From: Candidatus Aerophobota bacterium
GTDB taxonomy: Bacteria; Aerophobota; Aerophobia; Aerophobales; B47-G16
NCBI GenBank assembly: GCA_003648815.1
Contig: QMPZ01000001.1
Coordinates: 1 to 53,372 of the forward strand
Reading direction: 5' to 3'
Length of the DNA stretch: 53,372 nt
The position numbers and the translations under genes are program-made. The number at the start of each line of letters is the position of its first letter. Position 1 is the first letter of the stretch. Below are positions 26,257 to 35,077 of this stretch, piece by piece. A model generated the notes under the pieces. The model had not been told where the DNA came from. It saw only the letters and a list, made by a program, of their open reading frames with translations, and made no database searches.

Positions 26257-28043
26257 AGGGTGAAGGAATTAAAAGCTTTGAGGCTCCTTTGAGACGAACT
26301 CATCTGTGTGGAGTTTTAAACAGAGAACATTCGAACCAAAGGGTTACTCTGGCTGGATGGGTGAGGAGGAGACGGGATCATGGGGGGTTGATCTTCGTCG
26401 ATCTGGGGGATAAGTCAGGCATTACTCAGGTGGTATTCAACCCGGAGGTTCAGAAAGAGGTCCATGAACAGGCTCGCCTTTTGAGGGAAGGATGGGTGAT
26501 CGCCGTTGAGGGAAAGGTAAAGATGAGACCTTCAGAGTCGATCAATCCTAAGTTAAAGACAGGAGAAATAGAGCTGGTAGCCGAAAAGATGGAGATCCTG
26601 AATCCCTCCGAGATCCTTCCCTTCTCTTCGGATGACAACGTCAAGGTGAACGAAGAAGTGAGGTTAAAGTACAGATATCTGGATCTGCGAAGGCCGGTAA
26701 TGCAGAAAAACCTTTTCCTGCGCTATCAAGTAACTAAGCTGGTGCGAGACTTCCTTGATAAGAAGGGATTTATAGAGATAGAGACTCCCTTTCTTACCCG
26801 GAGCACCCCTGAGGGCGCGCGGGATTACCTTGTCCCCTCTCGTCTAAATCCCGGGGAGTTTTATGCCCTTCCTCAATCTCCTCAGCTATTCAAACAGCTC
26901 CTTATGGTAGCTGGTTTTGATCGCTATTTTCAAATAGCCAGATGCTTTCGAGATGAGGACCTTAGAGCAGACAGGCAACCAGAGTTTACGCAGATAGACA
27001 TAGAGCTCTCCTTCATCGAGGAGGAGGACATATATAGCCTTGTCGAGGAGATGCTCGCTGAGGTGTTTAAAAAGATCTTAGGAGTATCTTTAAAGATTCC
27101 CTTCCCTCGTCTTAGCTATCAACAGGCGATGGAGAGGTTTGGCACGGATAAACCCGATACCAGATTTGGATTGGAACTGGTGGATGTTTCCTCTCTGGTG
27201 TATCCCAGCAAATTTATGATCTTTCAGAAGGTCCTGGAAGAGGGTGGTAAGGTCAAGGGAATAAGAGTTCCTGGAGGAAGTCGACTTTCGCGAAGGGAAT
27301 TAGAAGAGCTAAGTCGTTGGATAACTCTTTATGGCGCAGGAGGAATGAGCTGGATTCTCTTTGCTCAGGATGGGATAAGGTCTCCTCTGAGCAAATTCTT
27401 TCCCGAAGGGGCTTTGTTAAAAGTGTTAGAATGTGCAGGAGCTAAAAAGGGAGATGCGTTTTTAATGGTAGCCGACAAAAGGGAGGTAGTCGCTGAGTCA
27501 TTGGCAAATCTTCGCCTCCATCTGGCAAAAAAGTTTAACCTCATACCTCAGGATACCTATCAAGCTCTGTGGGTCGTGGATTTTCCTCTGTTTGAGTATG
27601 ATAAGGAGGGAAGACTTACCCCCTGCAATCATCCCTTTACTTCACCCAAGGAAGAAGACCTGCCCCTCTTAGAGAAGTCTCCTGAAAAGGTGAGGGCTCG
27701 CGCTTATGATCTCGTCCTGAACGGCAAAGAAATTGGGGGTGGAAGCATAAGAATTCACCGGAGGGGAATTCAGGAAAAGATCTTTAATATCCTGGGAATA
27801 GACCCTCTCCAGGCAAGGGAAAAATTCGGCTTTCTCTTAGACGCTCTTTCTCTGGGAGCCCCTCCTCACGGAGGAATTGCTATGGGATTAGACCGGCTGG
27901 TGATGATAGTGGCTGGGACAGATTCCATAAGAGACGTAATTGCCTTTCCCAAAACTCAAAAGGCGGTCTGCCTTATGACACAGGCTCCTTCCACCGTGGA
28001 TGAGAAGCAGCTTAAGGAACTACATCTGAAGGTGGAAGAGTGA
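26253..28043 (+). CDS. aspS: Aspartate--tRNA ligase
   Basis: ..RRTHLCG.., FRDEDLRADRQPEFTQID, GGGSIRIH, ..PPHGGIA.GLDR.. The ORF-track TTG 26253 overlaps hisS by 4 nt. The in-frame TTG 26289 (MRRTHLCG, 5 nt after GAGG) is an equally plausible start by homology. Confidence 0.95.
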   Translation: MKGEGIKSFEAPLRRTHLCGVLNREHSNQRVTLAGWVRRRRDHGGLIFVDLGDKSGITQVVFNPEVQKEVHEQARLLREGWVIAVEGKVKMRPSESINPKLKTGEIELVAEKMEILNPSEILPFSSDDNVKVNEEVRLKYRYLDLRRPVMQKNLFLRYQVTKLVRDFLDKKGFIEIETPFLTRSTPEGARDYLVPSRLNPGEFYALPQSPQLFKQLLMVAGFDRYFQIARCFRDEDLRADRQPEFTQIDIELSFIEEEDIYSLVEEMLAEVFKKILGVSLKIPFPRLSYQQAMERFGTDKPDTRFGLELVDVSSLVYPSKFMIFQKVLEEGGKVKGIRVPGGSRLSRRELEELSRWITLYGAGGMSWILFAQDGIRSPLSKFFPEGALLKVLECAGAKKGDAFLMVADKREVVAESLANLRLHLAKKFNLIPQDTYQALWVVDFPLFEYDKEGRLTPCNHPFTSPKEEDLPLLEKSPEKVRARAYDLVLNGKEIGGGSIRIHRRGIQEKIFNILGIDPLQAREKFGFLLDALSLGAPPHGGIAMGLDRLVMIVAGTDSIRDVIAFPKTQKAVCLMTQAPSTVDEKQLKELHLKVEE

Positions 28044-29941
28044 GATATGTCAAGGTAGCCTTAAATCTTCCCTTAGATCAACTTTTTCGCTATAAGGTTC
28101 CACAGAAGCTTGCTGCTCAGATTAAAGTTGGAAAGAGAGTGCTCGTTCCCTTTAAGAGGAGAAAACTGGTCGGGTTTGTAGTGGAAGAGGCAAAAGAGGA
28201 GGATTTTGAGGGCCTAAAAGAAGTAATCAGCATAGTGGACGAGTTTTCTCCCTTAGAGGATGACCTCTTCCGGCTGGGAAGATGGATAAGTGATTATTAT
28301 TGCTCCCCCTTGGGTCAGACTCTTCATGCTATTGTCTCCATTCAATATCCCTTTAAGGCAGATAAAGGTGCGACTACGAGGAAACATCTTTCGTCTTATA
28401 AGGACGTAGAAGAACCTCCCTCCTTTTTAAAGGAGGAAAAGGTCGTTCTTTTCCAGACGGAAAACTGGCAAGAGCGGACGGATCTTTACCTTGAGTTGAT
28501 AGAGAAGGTCTTGAGTAGGGGAAAGCAGGTCATCCTGATTGTCCCGGAGGTCAGCTACATACCTTTTCTAAAGCGCAAGATCCAGGCCCACTATAAAAAT
28601 GGGTTGAGCGTATTTCATAGCAGGCTTACCCCGAAACAGAGATACCTCGAATGGCAGAGGATGAGGAGGGGGGATGTAGAGCTGGTTATAGGAACACGCT
28701 CAGCTGTATTCGCTCCTTTTCCCAATCCGGGCTTGATCATAATTGAAGAAGAGGAAAGCTTATCTCATAAACAAAGAGAGATTCCCCGCTATCATACTCG
28801 AGAGGTAGCCATTAAGCGAGGCAAGATACAGAATTTTCCCGTGGTCTTAGTTAGCCAGAGTCCCTCTATGGAGTCGTGGTGGCAGGCAAGAAAGGGAAAT
28901 TATAAGTTAGTCGAGATTAGTCGGGGCAAGGATAACTTTCCCCTGGTGGAGATAGTAGACCTTCGTAAGGAGAAAGACAGGCTCTTCTCTACCTCCCTGA
29001 AAAGGTCAATAGAGAAGACCTTAAAGGAGGGGGAGCTGACCCTTCTCTTCTTAAACAGGCGAGGCTTTGCTAACTTTCTTCTCTGCCGGGAATGTGGAGA
29101 GGTTCTTCGCTGCCCTAACTGTAATATAGGCCTGACATTTCACCTGAAAGGCAGGTTAATCTGTCATTATTGCGGTTATGAGGAAGATGCTCCTAGGATC
29201 TGTCCATCCTGTAAGGGAAGGCATCTATATCAGGTAGGAGTGGGAACCGAACAACTGGAGATGGAGGCAAGGAAAAAATTTCCGGAAGCTCGTATTAGAC
29301 GAGCGGATCTGGACATCATCGACACCTCCCTGGCCTACCGGAAGCTCCTGGATGAGTTGGGCAAGATTGATTTATTGATAGGGACAGGGTTGATCATCAA
29401 GGAGGAAATCTTGCAAAGGGCAAAATTGGTGGGAGTTGTTCTGCTCGATAACCTGTTGAACCTACCTGATTTTAGGGCAGGGGAGTGGACCTTTCAAGTT
29501 CTCACGAAGATCAGGAATTTAATTAAAAAGGAGGGCAGACTCATCATACAAACCTATAACCCCACCCATTATGCATTGACCGCCATAAGGGAGGGTAGGG
29601 GTGAGCTTTTTTACGAGAAGGAGATGGATCTGAGAGAGGAGCTGGGATATCCGCCTCACCTGCACTGGACGAGGATTCTCTTGGAGGGAAGGGGCAAGGG
29701 TGAGGTAGAAGAGGTAGCTGAAAGAATCAGGAAAGAGCTGGAGGCGGAGAGGGTAAACTTTCTGGGACCTTCTTCCTGCCCCTTTGGAAGGATAAAGAGA
29801 AGGTACCGATATCATTTGATCTTAAGGGACAAGGATCCGGCCAGGCTCAGGGAAATTTTAAAAAGAAAGCTTTATCTTTTGTTTAAACATTTTCATAACG
29901 TTAGGGTGATCATAGATGTAGATCCTTTAAGAACGATGTAG
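28040..29941 (+). CDS. priA: Primosomal protein N' (PriA) with degenerate ATPase motifs
   Basis: N-terminal 3'-DNA-binding region. ..GKQVILIVPEVSYIP.., ..VIGTRSAVFAPF.. and the Cys-rich Zn region CRECG..CPNC..CHYCG..CPSC. Walker A and DExH are not conserved (see findings). Confidence 0.85.
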   Translation: MRYVKVALNLPLDQLFRYKVPQKLAAQIKVGKRVLVPFKRRKLVGFVVEEAKEEDFEGLKEVISIVDEFSPLEDDLFRLGRWISDYYCSPLGQTLHAIVSIQYPFKADKGATTRKHLSSYKDVEEPPSFLKEEKVVLFQTENWQERTDLYLELIEKVLSRGKQVILIVPEVSYIPFLKRKIQAHYKNGLSVFHSRLTPKQRYLEWQRMRRGDVELVIGTRSAVFAPFPNPGLIIIEEEESLSHKQREIPRYHTREVAIKRGKIQNFPVVLVSQSPSMESWWQARKGNYKLVEISRGKDNFPLVEIVDLRKEKDRLFSTSLKRSIEKTLKEGELTLLFLNRRGFANFLLCRECGEVLRCPNCNIGLTFHLKGRLICHYCGYEEDAPRICPSCKGRHLYQVGVGTEQLEMEARKKFPEARIRRADLDIIDTSLAYRKLLDELGKIDLLIGTGLIIKEEILQRAKLVGVVLLDNLLNLPDFRAGEWTFQVLTKIRNLIKKEGRLIIQTYNPTHYALTAIREGRGELFYEKEMDLREELGYPPHLHWTRILLEGRGKGEVEEVAERIRKELEAERVNFLGPSSCPFGRIKRRYRYHLILRDKDPARLREILKRKLYLLFKHFHNVRVIIDVDPLRTM

Positions 29942-29951
29942 AGGAGCTAAG

Positions 29952-32573
29952 ATGACCGCTGATGAGATTCGTCAAAAGTTTTTGGATTTCTTCAGACAAA
30001 GGGGACATCTCGTTCAGCCTTCTGCAAGTTTGTCCACAGATGACCCTCAACTTCTTTTCACCATTGCGGGAATGGTTCCCTTTAAACCTTTCTTCTTAGG
30101 GGAGAAGAAGCCTCCTTCCTCCCGCCTGACCACCTGTCAGCTTTGTTTTCGCACCAATGACCTGGACAGGGTAGGACGGACCGCTCATCATCATACCTTT
30201 TTTGAGATGCTGGGTAATTTTTCCTTTGGCGATTATTTCAAGGAGGAGGCCTGCCAGTGGGGATGGGAGTTTGTGACCGAAGAGCTAAGATTACGGAAAG
30301 ACCGAATATGGACTACCGTGTTTAGAGATGATGAGGAGACTTATCAGATATGGAGGAAGTTGGGCGTTCCTTCCTCGAGAATCATAAGAAAGGACGAGGA
30401 GGAGAACTTCTGGTCCTTAGCTGAGGTGGGTCCTTGTGGGCCGGATACGGAGCTTTTCTTCGACAGAGGAGAGGAGTTTGGGTGTGGAAGGACAGGTTGT
30501 GAGCCTGGATGTGATTGTGGAAGATGGGTTGAGATCTGGAATCTGGTCTTTATGCAATTTAACCGTGATGAGAAGGGCAAACTCTCCCCCCTACCCACCA
30601 GAAACATCGACACGGGTATGGGGCTGGAAAGAATAGCTTCTGTAGTTCAGGGAGTAAGGGATGACTATCAAACTGACCTCTTCATCCCGCTTATTAACTG
30701 GTTGAAGGAAATCTCCCCCAAAGAGGAGGAAGTCTCCTTCAGAGTGATCTCCGATCATCTGCGTGCCCTTACCTTTCTTTTGGCGGAGAAAATTCTTCCC
30801 TCTAATACGGGAAGGGGATATGTGGTCAGAAGAGTCCTTCGACGTGCCTTTCGATATGGCAGGAAGATAGGCCTGGAGGAGCCATTCCTATACAAAGGAG
30901 TTCCTGTGGTGGTCAAGACGATGGAAAGTTCCTACCCACATCTTAAAAGGATGAGAGAGGAGATAGCGAAGATAATCAAGCAGGAGGAGAAGGTCTTCCA
31001 GGCGACCTTGACTAAAGGAATGGAAATCTTAGAGAGAATTATCAGTGATCTAAAGAAAAGGGGGGAAAGATTCGTTCCACCTCGAGAGGTCTTTAAGTTG
31101 TACGATACCTATGGTTTTCCTCCTGACATAACGGAAGAGATAGCAGGAGAGGAAGGATTAAAGGTGGAGAGGAAAGCTTTCGAGAAGCTGCTGGCAGAAC
31201 AAAAGAGGTCGGCGAGAAAGGACTTTAAGGAGAAGAAAAGAGAACAGATACTTAAGTTGAGGACAAAAGCTCAGCTCAGCTCATTGGAGAAGCAGATAAA
31301 GAAAGTGGAATTTAAGGGATACGAGACTTTGAAGTTGGATACCTCTTTGATGGGAATTATCAAAGATGGAACAATGGTAGATGAGTTGAGAGAAGGCGAA
31401 GATGGAGAGCTTATCCTGTCCTCCACTCCCTTTTATCCTGAAGGAGGAGGACAGCTGGCAGATAGGGGAAAGATTTATACCGCTGATGCTCGGGCTGAGG
31501 TTTTAAATGTGCAGAGGTTATCCGAGGGAATAATTCTTCATCGGGCAAAGGTTTTGAGAGGAAAGTTCGAAAAGGGAGCTAAGGTAAGGGCAGAGGTTGA
31601 TGAGGTAAGAAGAAAAGCTATTTCTCGTGCTCATACGGCTACTCATCTTCTGCAGGCAGTGCTGCGGGAAATATTTGGGGAAGGTGTCCAGCAAAGCGGC
31701 TCCTTAGTCGATGAAGATAGACTTCGTTTTGACTTCACTCATACCTCTCCCTTAAGCGGTAAGGAGCTTGAAAAGGTCACACTTCTGCTCAATGAGAAGA
31801 TAAGGGAAAACCTTAGTGTGAAGATAGAAGAGACCAGTCTGGATGAAGCACGCAGGATGGGGGCCATAGCTCTTTTTGAGGAAAAATATGGAGAAAGAGT
31901 GCGAGTAGTTAGCGTAGGAGATTTCAGTCGGGAAGTCTGTGGAGGAACTCACCTTACCAGCAGCGGTGAGATAGGATTGGTGAAGATAATAAGTGAGACA
32001 GGGGTGGCCTCTGGAATAAGGAGAATAGAGGCATTAGTAGGGGAGAAGGCCTTAAGGTGGGTGGAGGAGAAGGAAGCCCTGCTGAGGAAGATAGCCCTCA
32101 AGCTCAGGACCTCGGAAGAGGGAATTTTAGCACGGATAGAGGAAAGAGAAAGAGCATTGGAGGAGAAGGATAAGCAGCTGAGAAGATGGCAGAGGAGACT
32201 GTTGGACTTGAGGATGGAGGAGCTGTTAAGCTCTGCTTCTTACGTGGGCGGAAAGAGGATAGTAGGGGGAAGGTGTGATGAGGTATCTTCAGAGGTTCTC
32301 AGGGAGACAGCCGAAAGACTCAGGGATAGGTTGAAGGAGGGCATAGTGGTATTGGCTTCAGGAAGTCAAAAGAAATCCTTCTTGGTGGCTGCTTCCACTG
32401 AGAAGAGCCTGCCCGCTAATCAGATATTAAGAGAGGTGGCTCGCTTGGCTGGAGGAAATGCCGGGGGAAGATGGGACTTTGCACAGGGTGGAACCTCCCA
32501 GATTTCAAAGGTAGATCAGGCTCTAAGGAAGCTACCCGAGATCGTAGAAAGATTTTTAAATCAGGGAGGATAG
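29952..32573 (+). CDS. alaS: Alanine--tRNA ligase
   Basis: ..FF...GH...PS.SL....D..LLFT.AGM..FK.., ..WN.VFMQFNR.., editing-domain HTATHLL, C-terminal DHHA1-like domain. Confidence 0.95.
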   Translation: MTADEIRQKFLDFFRQRGHLVQPSASLSTDDPQLLFTIAGMVPFKPFFLGEKKPPSSRLTTCQLCFRTNDLDRVGRTAHHHTFFEMLGNFSFGDYFKEEACQWGWEFVTEELRLRKDRIWTTVFRDDEETYQIWRKLGVPSSRIIRKDEEENFWSLAEVGPCGPDTELFFDRGEEFGCGRTGCEPGCDCGRWVEIWNLVFMQFNRDEKGKLSPLPTRNIDTGMGLERIASVVQGVRDDYQTDLFIPLINWLKEISPKEEEVSFRVISDHLRALTFLLAEKILPSNTGRGYVVRRVLRRAFRYGRKIGLEEPFLYKGVPVVVKTMESSYPHLKRMREEIAKIIKQEEKVFQATLTKGMEILERIISDLKKRGERFVPPREVFKLYDTYGFPPDITEEIAGEEGLKVERKAFEKLLAEQKRSARKDFKEKKREQILKLRTKAQLSSLEKQIKKVEFKGYETLKLDTSLMGIIKDGTMVDELREGEDGELILSSTPFYPEGGGQLADRGKIYTADARAEVLNVQRLSEGIILHRAKVLRGKFEKGAKVRAEVDEVRRKAISRAHTATHLLQAVLREIFGEGVQQSGSLVDEDRLRFDFTHTSPLSGKELEKVTLLLNEKIRENLSVKIEETSLDEARRMGAIALFEEKYGERVRVVSVGDFSREVCGGTHLTSSGEIGLVKIISETGVASGIRRIEALVGEKALRWVEEKEALLRKIALKLRTSEEGILARIEERERALEEKDKQLRRWQRRLLDLRMEELLSSASYVGGKRIVGGRCDEVSSEVLRETAERLRDRLKEGIVVLASGSQKKSFLVAASTEKSLPANQILREVARLAGGNAGGRWDFAQGGTSQISKVDQALRKLPEIVERFLNQGG

Positions 32574-32575
32574 CA

Positions 32576-32977
32576 ATGGATATGGAAGTCGTTTTTCCAG
32601 GCGGTAAAAAGGTAAATGCCATCTATAAGGGTTTCACGATTCAGACCGATCAACCAAGGGATAATGGCGGCGGGGGTTCAGCTCCTACACCATTTGATTT
32701 GTTTTTAGCTTCCATTGGGACCTGCACCGGTATTTATGTTCTTCTCTTTTGCCAGGCACGTCATATTCCTACTGACAAGATAAAACTGATCTTGCGCACG
32801 GAAAGAAATAGCGAAACTAAAATGATTACCAGAATTATTGTAGAAATTCAACTTCCTCCTGAGTTTCCGGAGAAATATAAAGAGCATTTGGTAAGAGTAG
32901 CCGGAAAATGTTCAGTCAAGAAACACCTGGAGGATCCACCTCTCTTTAATATTTATACGAAAACAATGGGAAAATAA
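32576..32977 (+). CDS. OsmC-family protein (COG1765-type)
   Basis: ATG 32576 lies 2 nt after the alaS stop. ..GGGGSAPTPFDLFLASIGTCTGIYV.. is typical of OsmC/Ohr-fold proteins. Confidence 0.75.
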   Translation: MDMEVVFPGGKKVNAIYKGFTIQTDQPRDNGGGGSAPTPFDLFLASIGTCTGIYVLLFCQARHIPTDKIKLILRTERNSETKMITRIIVEIQLPPEFPEKYKEHLVRVAGKCSVKKHLEDPPLFNIYTKTMGK

Positions 32978-33033
32978 TAATGCTTTAAGAGTTGTTTTCA
33001 ATAACAAATCTCCTCACACTTTGCCACTTCCAC

Positions 33034-33064
33034 TTGCTCGAGCAATCATCTTATCATCTACATC
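33034..33064 (+). repeat. Perfect 31-nt copy of an internal cysS segment (40044-40074)
   Basis: TTGCTCGAGCAATCATCTTATCATCTACATC is identical at both sites and in the same orientation. At 40044-40074 it encodes (minus strand) the ..DVDDKMIARA.. part of CysRS. Confidence 0.9.
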
Positions 33065-33090
33065 TATCTTTTAAATCAGGGAAGATAACA

Positions 33091-33126
33091 ACGAAAAGAA
33101 ATAGCGAGACTAAAATGATTACCAGA
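33091..33126 (+). repeat. 34/36-nt copy of an internal segment of the OsmC-family gene (32798-32833)
   Basis: ACGaAAAGAAATAGCGAgACTAAAATGATTACCAGA vs ACGgAAAGAAATAGCGAaACTAAAATGATTACCAGA, in the same orientation, 293 nt apart. Confidence 0.9.
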
Positions 33127-33137
33127 TAAGATGGGAA

Positions 33138-34127
33138 CTAATACAGATGGCAGGCTACATAATGGTCCTTATCCACCATTTTTAAGGAAGGTTTTAGATT
33201 TGAACATTTATCTTTGGCAAAGCTACATCGAGGGTGAAACCTACAACCAGAAGGTGGATTAATTGAGCTTGGAACCTCTCCTTTTAACTTTATATCTTTC
33301 TTTTCCCTTTTGGGATCTGGAACAGGTATAGCCGAGAGCAATGCCTTAGTATAGGGGTGATAAGGAGTGGAGAAAATCTGCTCTTTCCTCCCTATCTCAA
33401 CAATTTCCCCAAGATACATGATCCCTATCCAGTCCGAGATATATTTGGCTACTGCGAGGTCATGGGTTATAAAAACATAGGTAAGATTTCTCTCCTCTTT
33501 TAGCATTAGCATAAGCTCAAGTATTTTTGCTCTTAAAGAAACATCGATCATCGAGATAGGTTCATCCGCGACGACAAGCTCTGGGTTCAGTATCATAGCT
33601 CTTGCTATTGCCACTCTTTGTCTTTGTCCACCGCTCAACTCAAAGGGATAAAGGTCGTAAAACTTTTTAGCTGGTTCAAGACCTACTTTTTCCAGCATTT
33701 CAAAAACCATTTTCTTTTTTCTCTCTCCTGTGGCTATGCCGTGAATTTCAAGAGGATGAGCTGTAGCTTCTCCTATCCTCATCCTGGGGTTAAGCGAGGC
33801 ATATGGATTTTGGAAAATTATCTGCACATATTTTCTGAATTCTCTCAACCTTTCCCCTTGAATAAAGGTGACGTCTTCTCCCTTAAAAATTATTTTTCCT
33901 TCAGTGGGTTCAATAAGGCGTGTGATTAACCTACCGGTTGTGGTCTTCCCGCATCCACTTTCCCCGACAAGGCCAAATACCTCTCCCCTTCTAACCTCAA
34001 AACTTATTCTGTTAACTGCTTGAACATACTCAATTTTCCCGGAAAGTAATCTTTCCAGGAAACTTTTTTGCACAGGGAAATATTTTTTTAAATTAACCAC
34101 TTTAAGTTCGACTTTTCTTTCCATCAT
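33138..34127 (-). CDS. oppF: Peptide ABC transporter ATP-binding protein (OppF/DppF type)
   Basis: Walker A GESGCGKTT, signature LSGGQRQR, Walker B VVADEP. C-terminal oligo_HPY Cys motif CRFHPRCSFAKDKC. Start moved to MMERKVELKV.. (34127). Confidence 0.85.
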   Translation of the reverse strand: MMERKVELKVVNLKKYFPVQKSFLERLLSGKIEYVQAVNRISFEVRRGEVFGLVGESGCGKTTTGRLITRLIEPTEGKIIFKGEDVTFIQGERLREFRKYVQIIFQNPYASLNPRMRIGEATAHPLEIHGIATGERKKKMVFEMLEKVGLEPAKKFYDLYPFELSGGQRQRVAIARAMILNPELVVADEPISMIDVSLRAKILELMLMLKEERNLTYVFITHDLAVAKYISDWIGIMYLGEIVEIGRKEQIFSTPYHPYTKALLSAIPVPDPKREKKDIKLKGEVPSSINPPSGCRFHPRCSFAKDKCSNLKPSLKMVDKDHYVACHLY

Positions 34128-35076
34128 ACCTGAAACATTTAACCATATGCTCTTTTTCAATTTGAACTAAAGGAGGCTCTTTCCTTCTACATATATCCTC
34201 ACCATAAGGGCAGCGGGGATAAAACCTGCATCCATCTGGAGGACGAACAAGGTCAGGGGGCATGCCGGGAATATAATTTAACTTTTGATCAGATAGCTCG
34301 ATGTTAGGAACAGAGTTTAAAAGACCCTCAGAGTAAGGGTGCAGAGGTTCGCTGAAAAAAATATCTGCCGGCGCAAATTCAACTATTTGACCCGCATACA
34401 TAAGAGCAATCCTGTCGGCAATTTCAGAAACAAGACTTATATCATGTGATATAAAAATAAGTCCCATTTGATGGGAAGCTTTTAGTTTTTTCATCAAATT
34501 TAAGATTTGAAACTGAACTATAACATCAAGAGAGGATGTAAACTCGTCGGCAATAAGAAGGTCTGGATTTAAAGCTATTGCCAGTGCTATTCCAATTCTC
34601 TGCCTCATTCCTCCACTGAACTGGTGAGGATAATCTCCACCTCTTTCAGGTGGGATTCCAACCTCATTTAGTAACAGGGAAGCTTTTTTCTTTGCCTCTG
34701 CCTTGGGTATCTTCTGGTGAGTTCTTATCGTTTCAACGAGATGTTCTTCTATTCTCATGAGAGGATTTAAAGAAGTCATCGGGTCCTGAAAAACCATGGA
34801 AATTCTGCTTCCCCTTAAAAGGCGCATCTTTTTCTCATTCCATCCTGCAATATCGTTTCCGTTAAATAATATCTTTCCACTAACTATTTTTCCCGGAGAG
34901 GAAACAAGTTTTAATATTGAAAGACCAAGAGTGGATTTTCCTGAACCGGATTCTCCAACCAATCCTACAGTCTCACCCCTTTTCATAAAAAAACTTACTC
35001 CGTCAACTGCCCTGACAGCTCCTTCTCTGAGATAGTAATAAACTCTTAAATCTTGAATTGTAAGAAGATTTTTCAT
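34102..35076 (-). CDS. oppD: Peptide ABC transporter ATP-binding protein (OppD/DppD type)
   Basis: Walker A GESGSGKST, signature FSGGMRQR, Walker B LIADEF. C-terminal CRFYPRCPYGEDIC. Confidence 0.85.
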   Translation of the reverse strand: MKNLLTIQDLRVYYYLREGAVRAVDGVSFFMKRGETVGLVGESGSGKSTLGLSILKLVSSPGKIVSGKILFNGNDIAGWNEKKMRLLRGSRISMVFQDPMTSLNPLMRIEEHLVETIRTHQKIPKAEAKKKASLLLNEVGIPPERGGDYPHQFSGGMRQRIGIALAIALNPDLLIADEFTSSLDVIVQFQILNLMKKLKASHQMGLIFISHDISLVSEIADRIALMYAGQIVEFAPADIFFSEPLHPYSEGLLNSVPNIELSDQKLNYIPGMPPDLVRPPDGCRFYPRCPYGEDICRRKEPPLVQIEKEHMVKCFRYDGKKSRT

Positions 35077-35077
35077 C

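Noticed and set aside
32978-33137. XerC/D dif site in the convergent gap
   Set aside because: The best candidate (..CATCTATCTTTTAAAT..) matches only about 8 of 15 positions of the XerD-arm/central consensus and lacks the palindromic ATAA..TTAT arms. It cannot be supported by eye.
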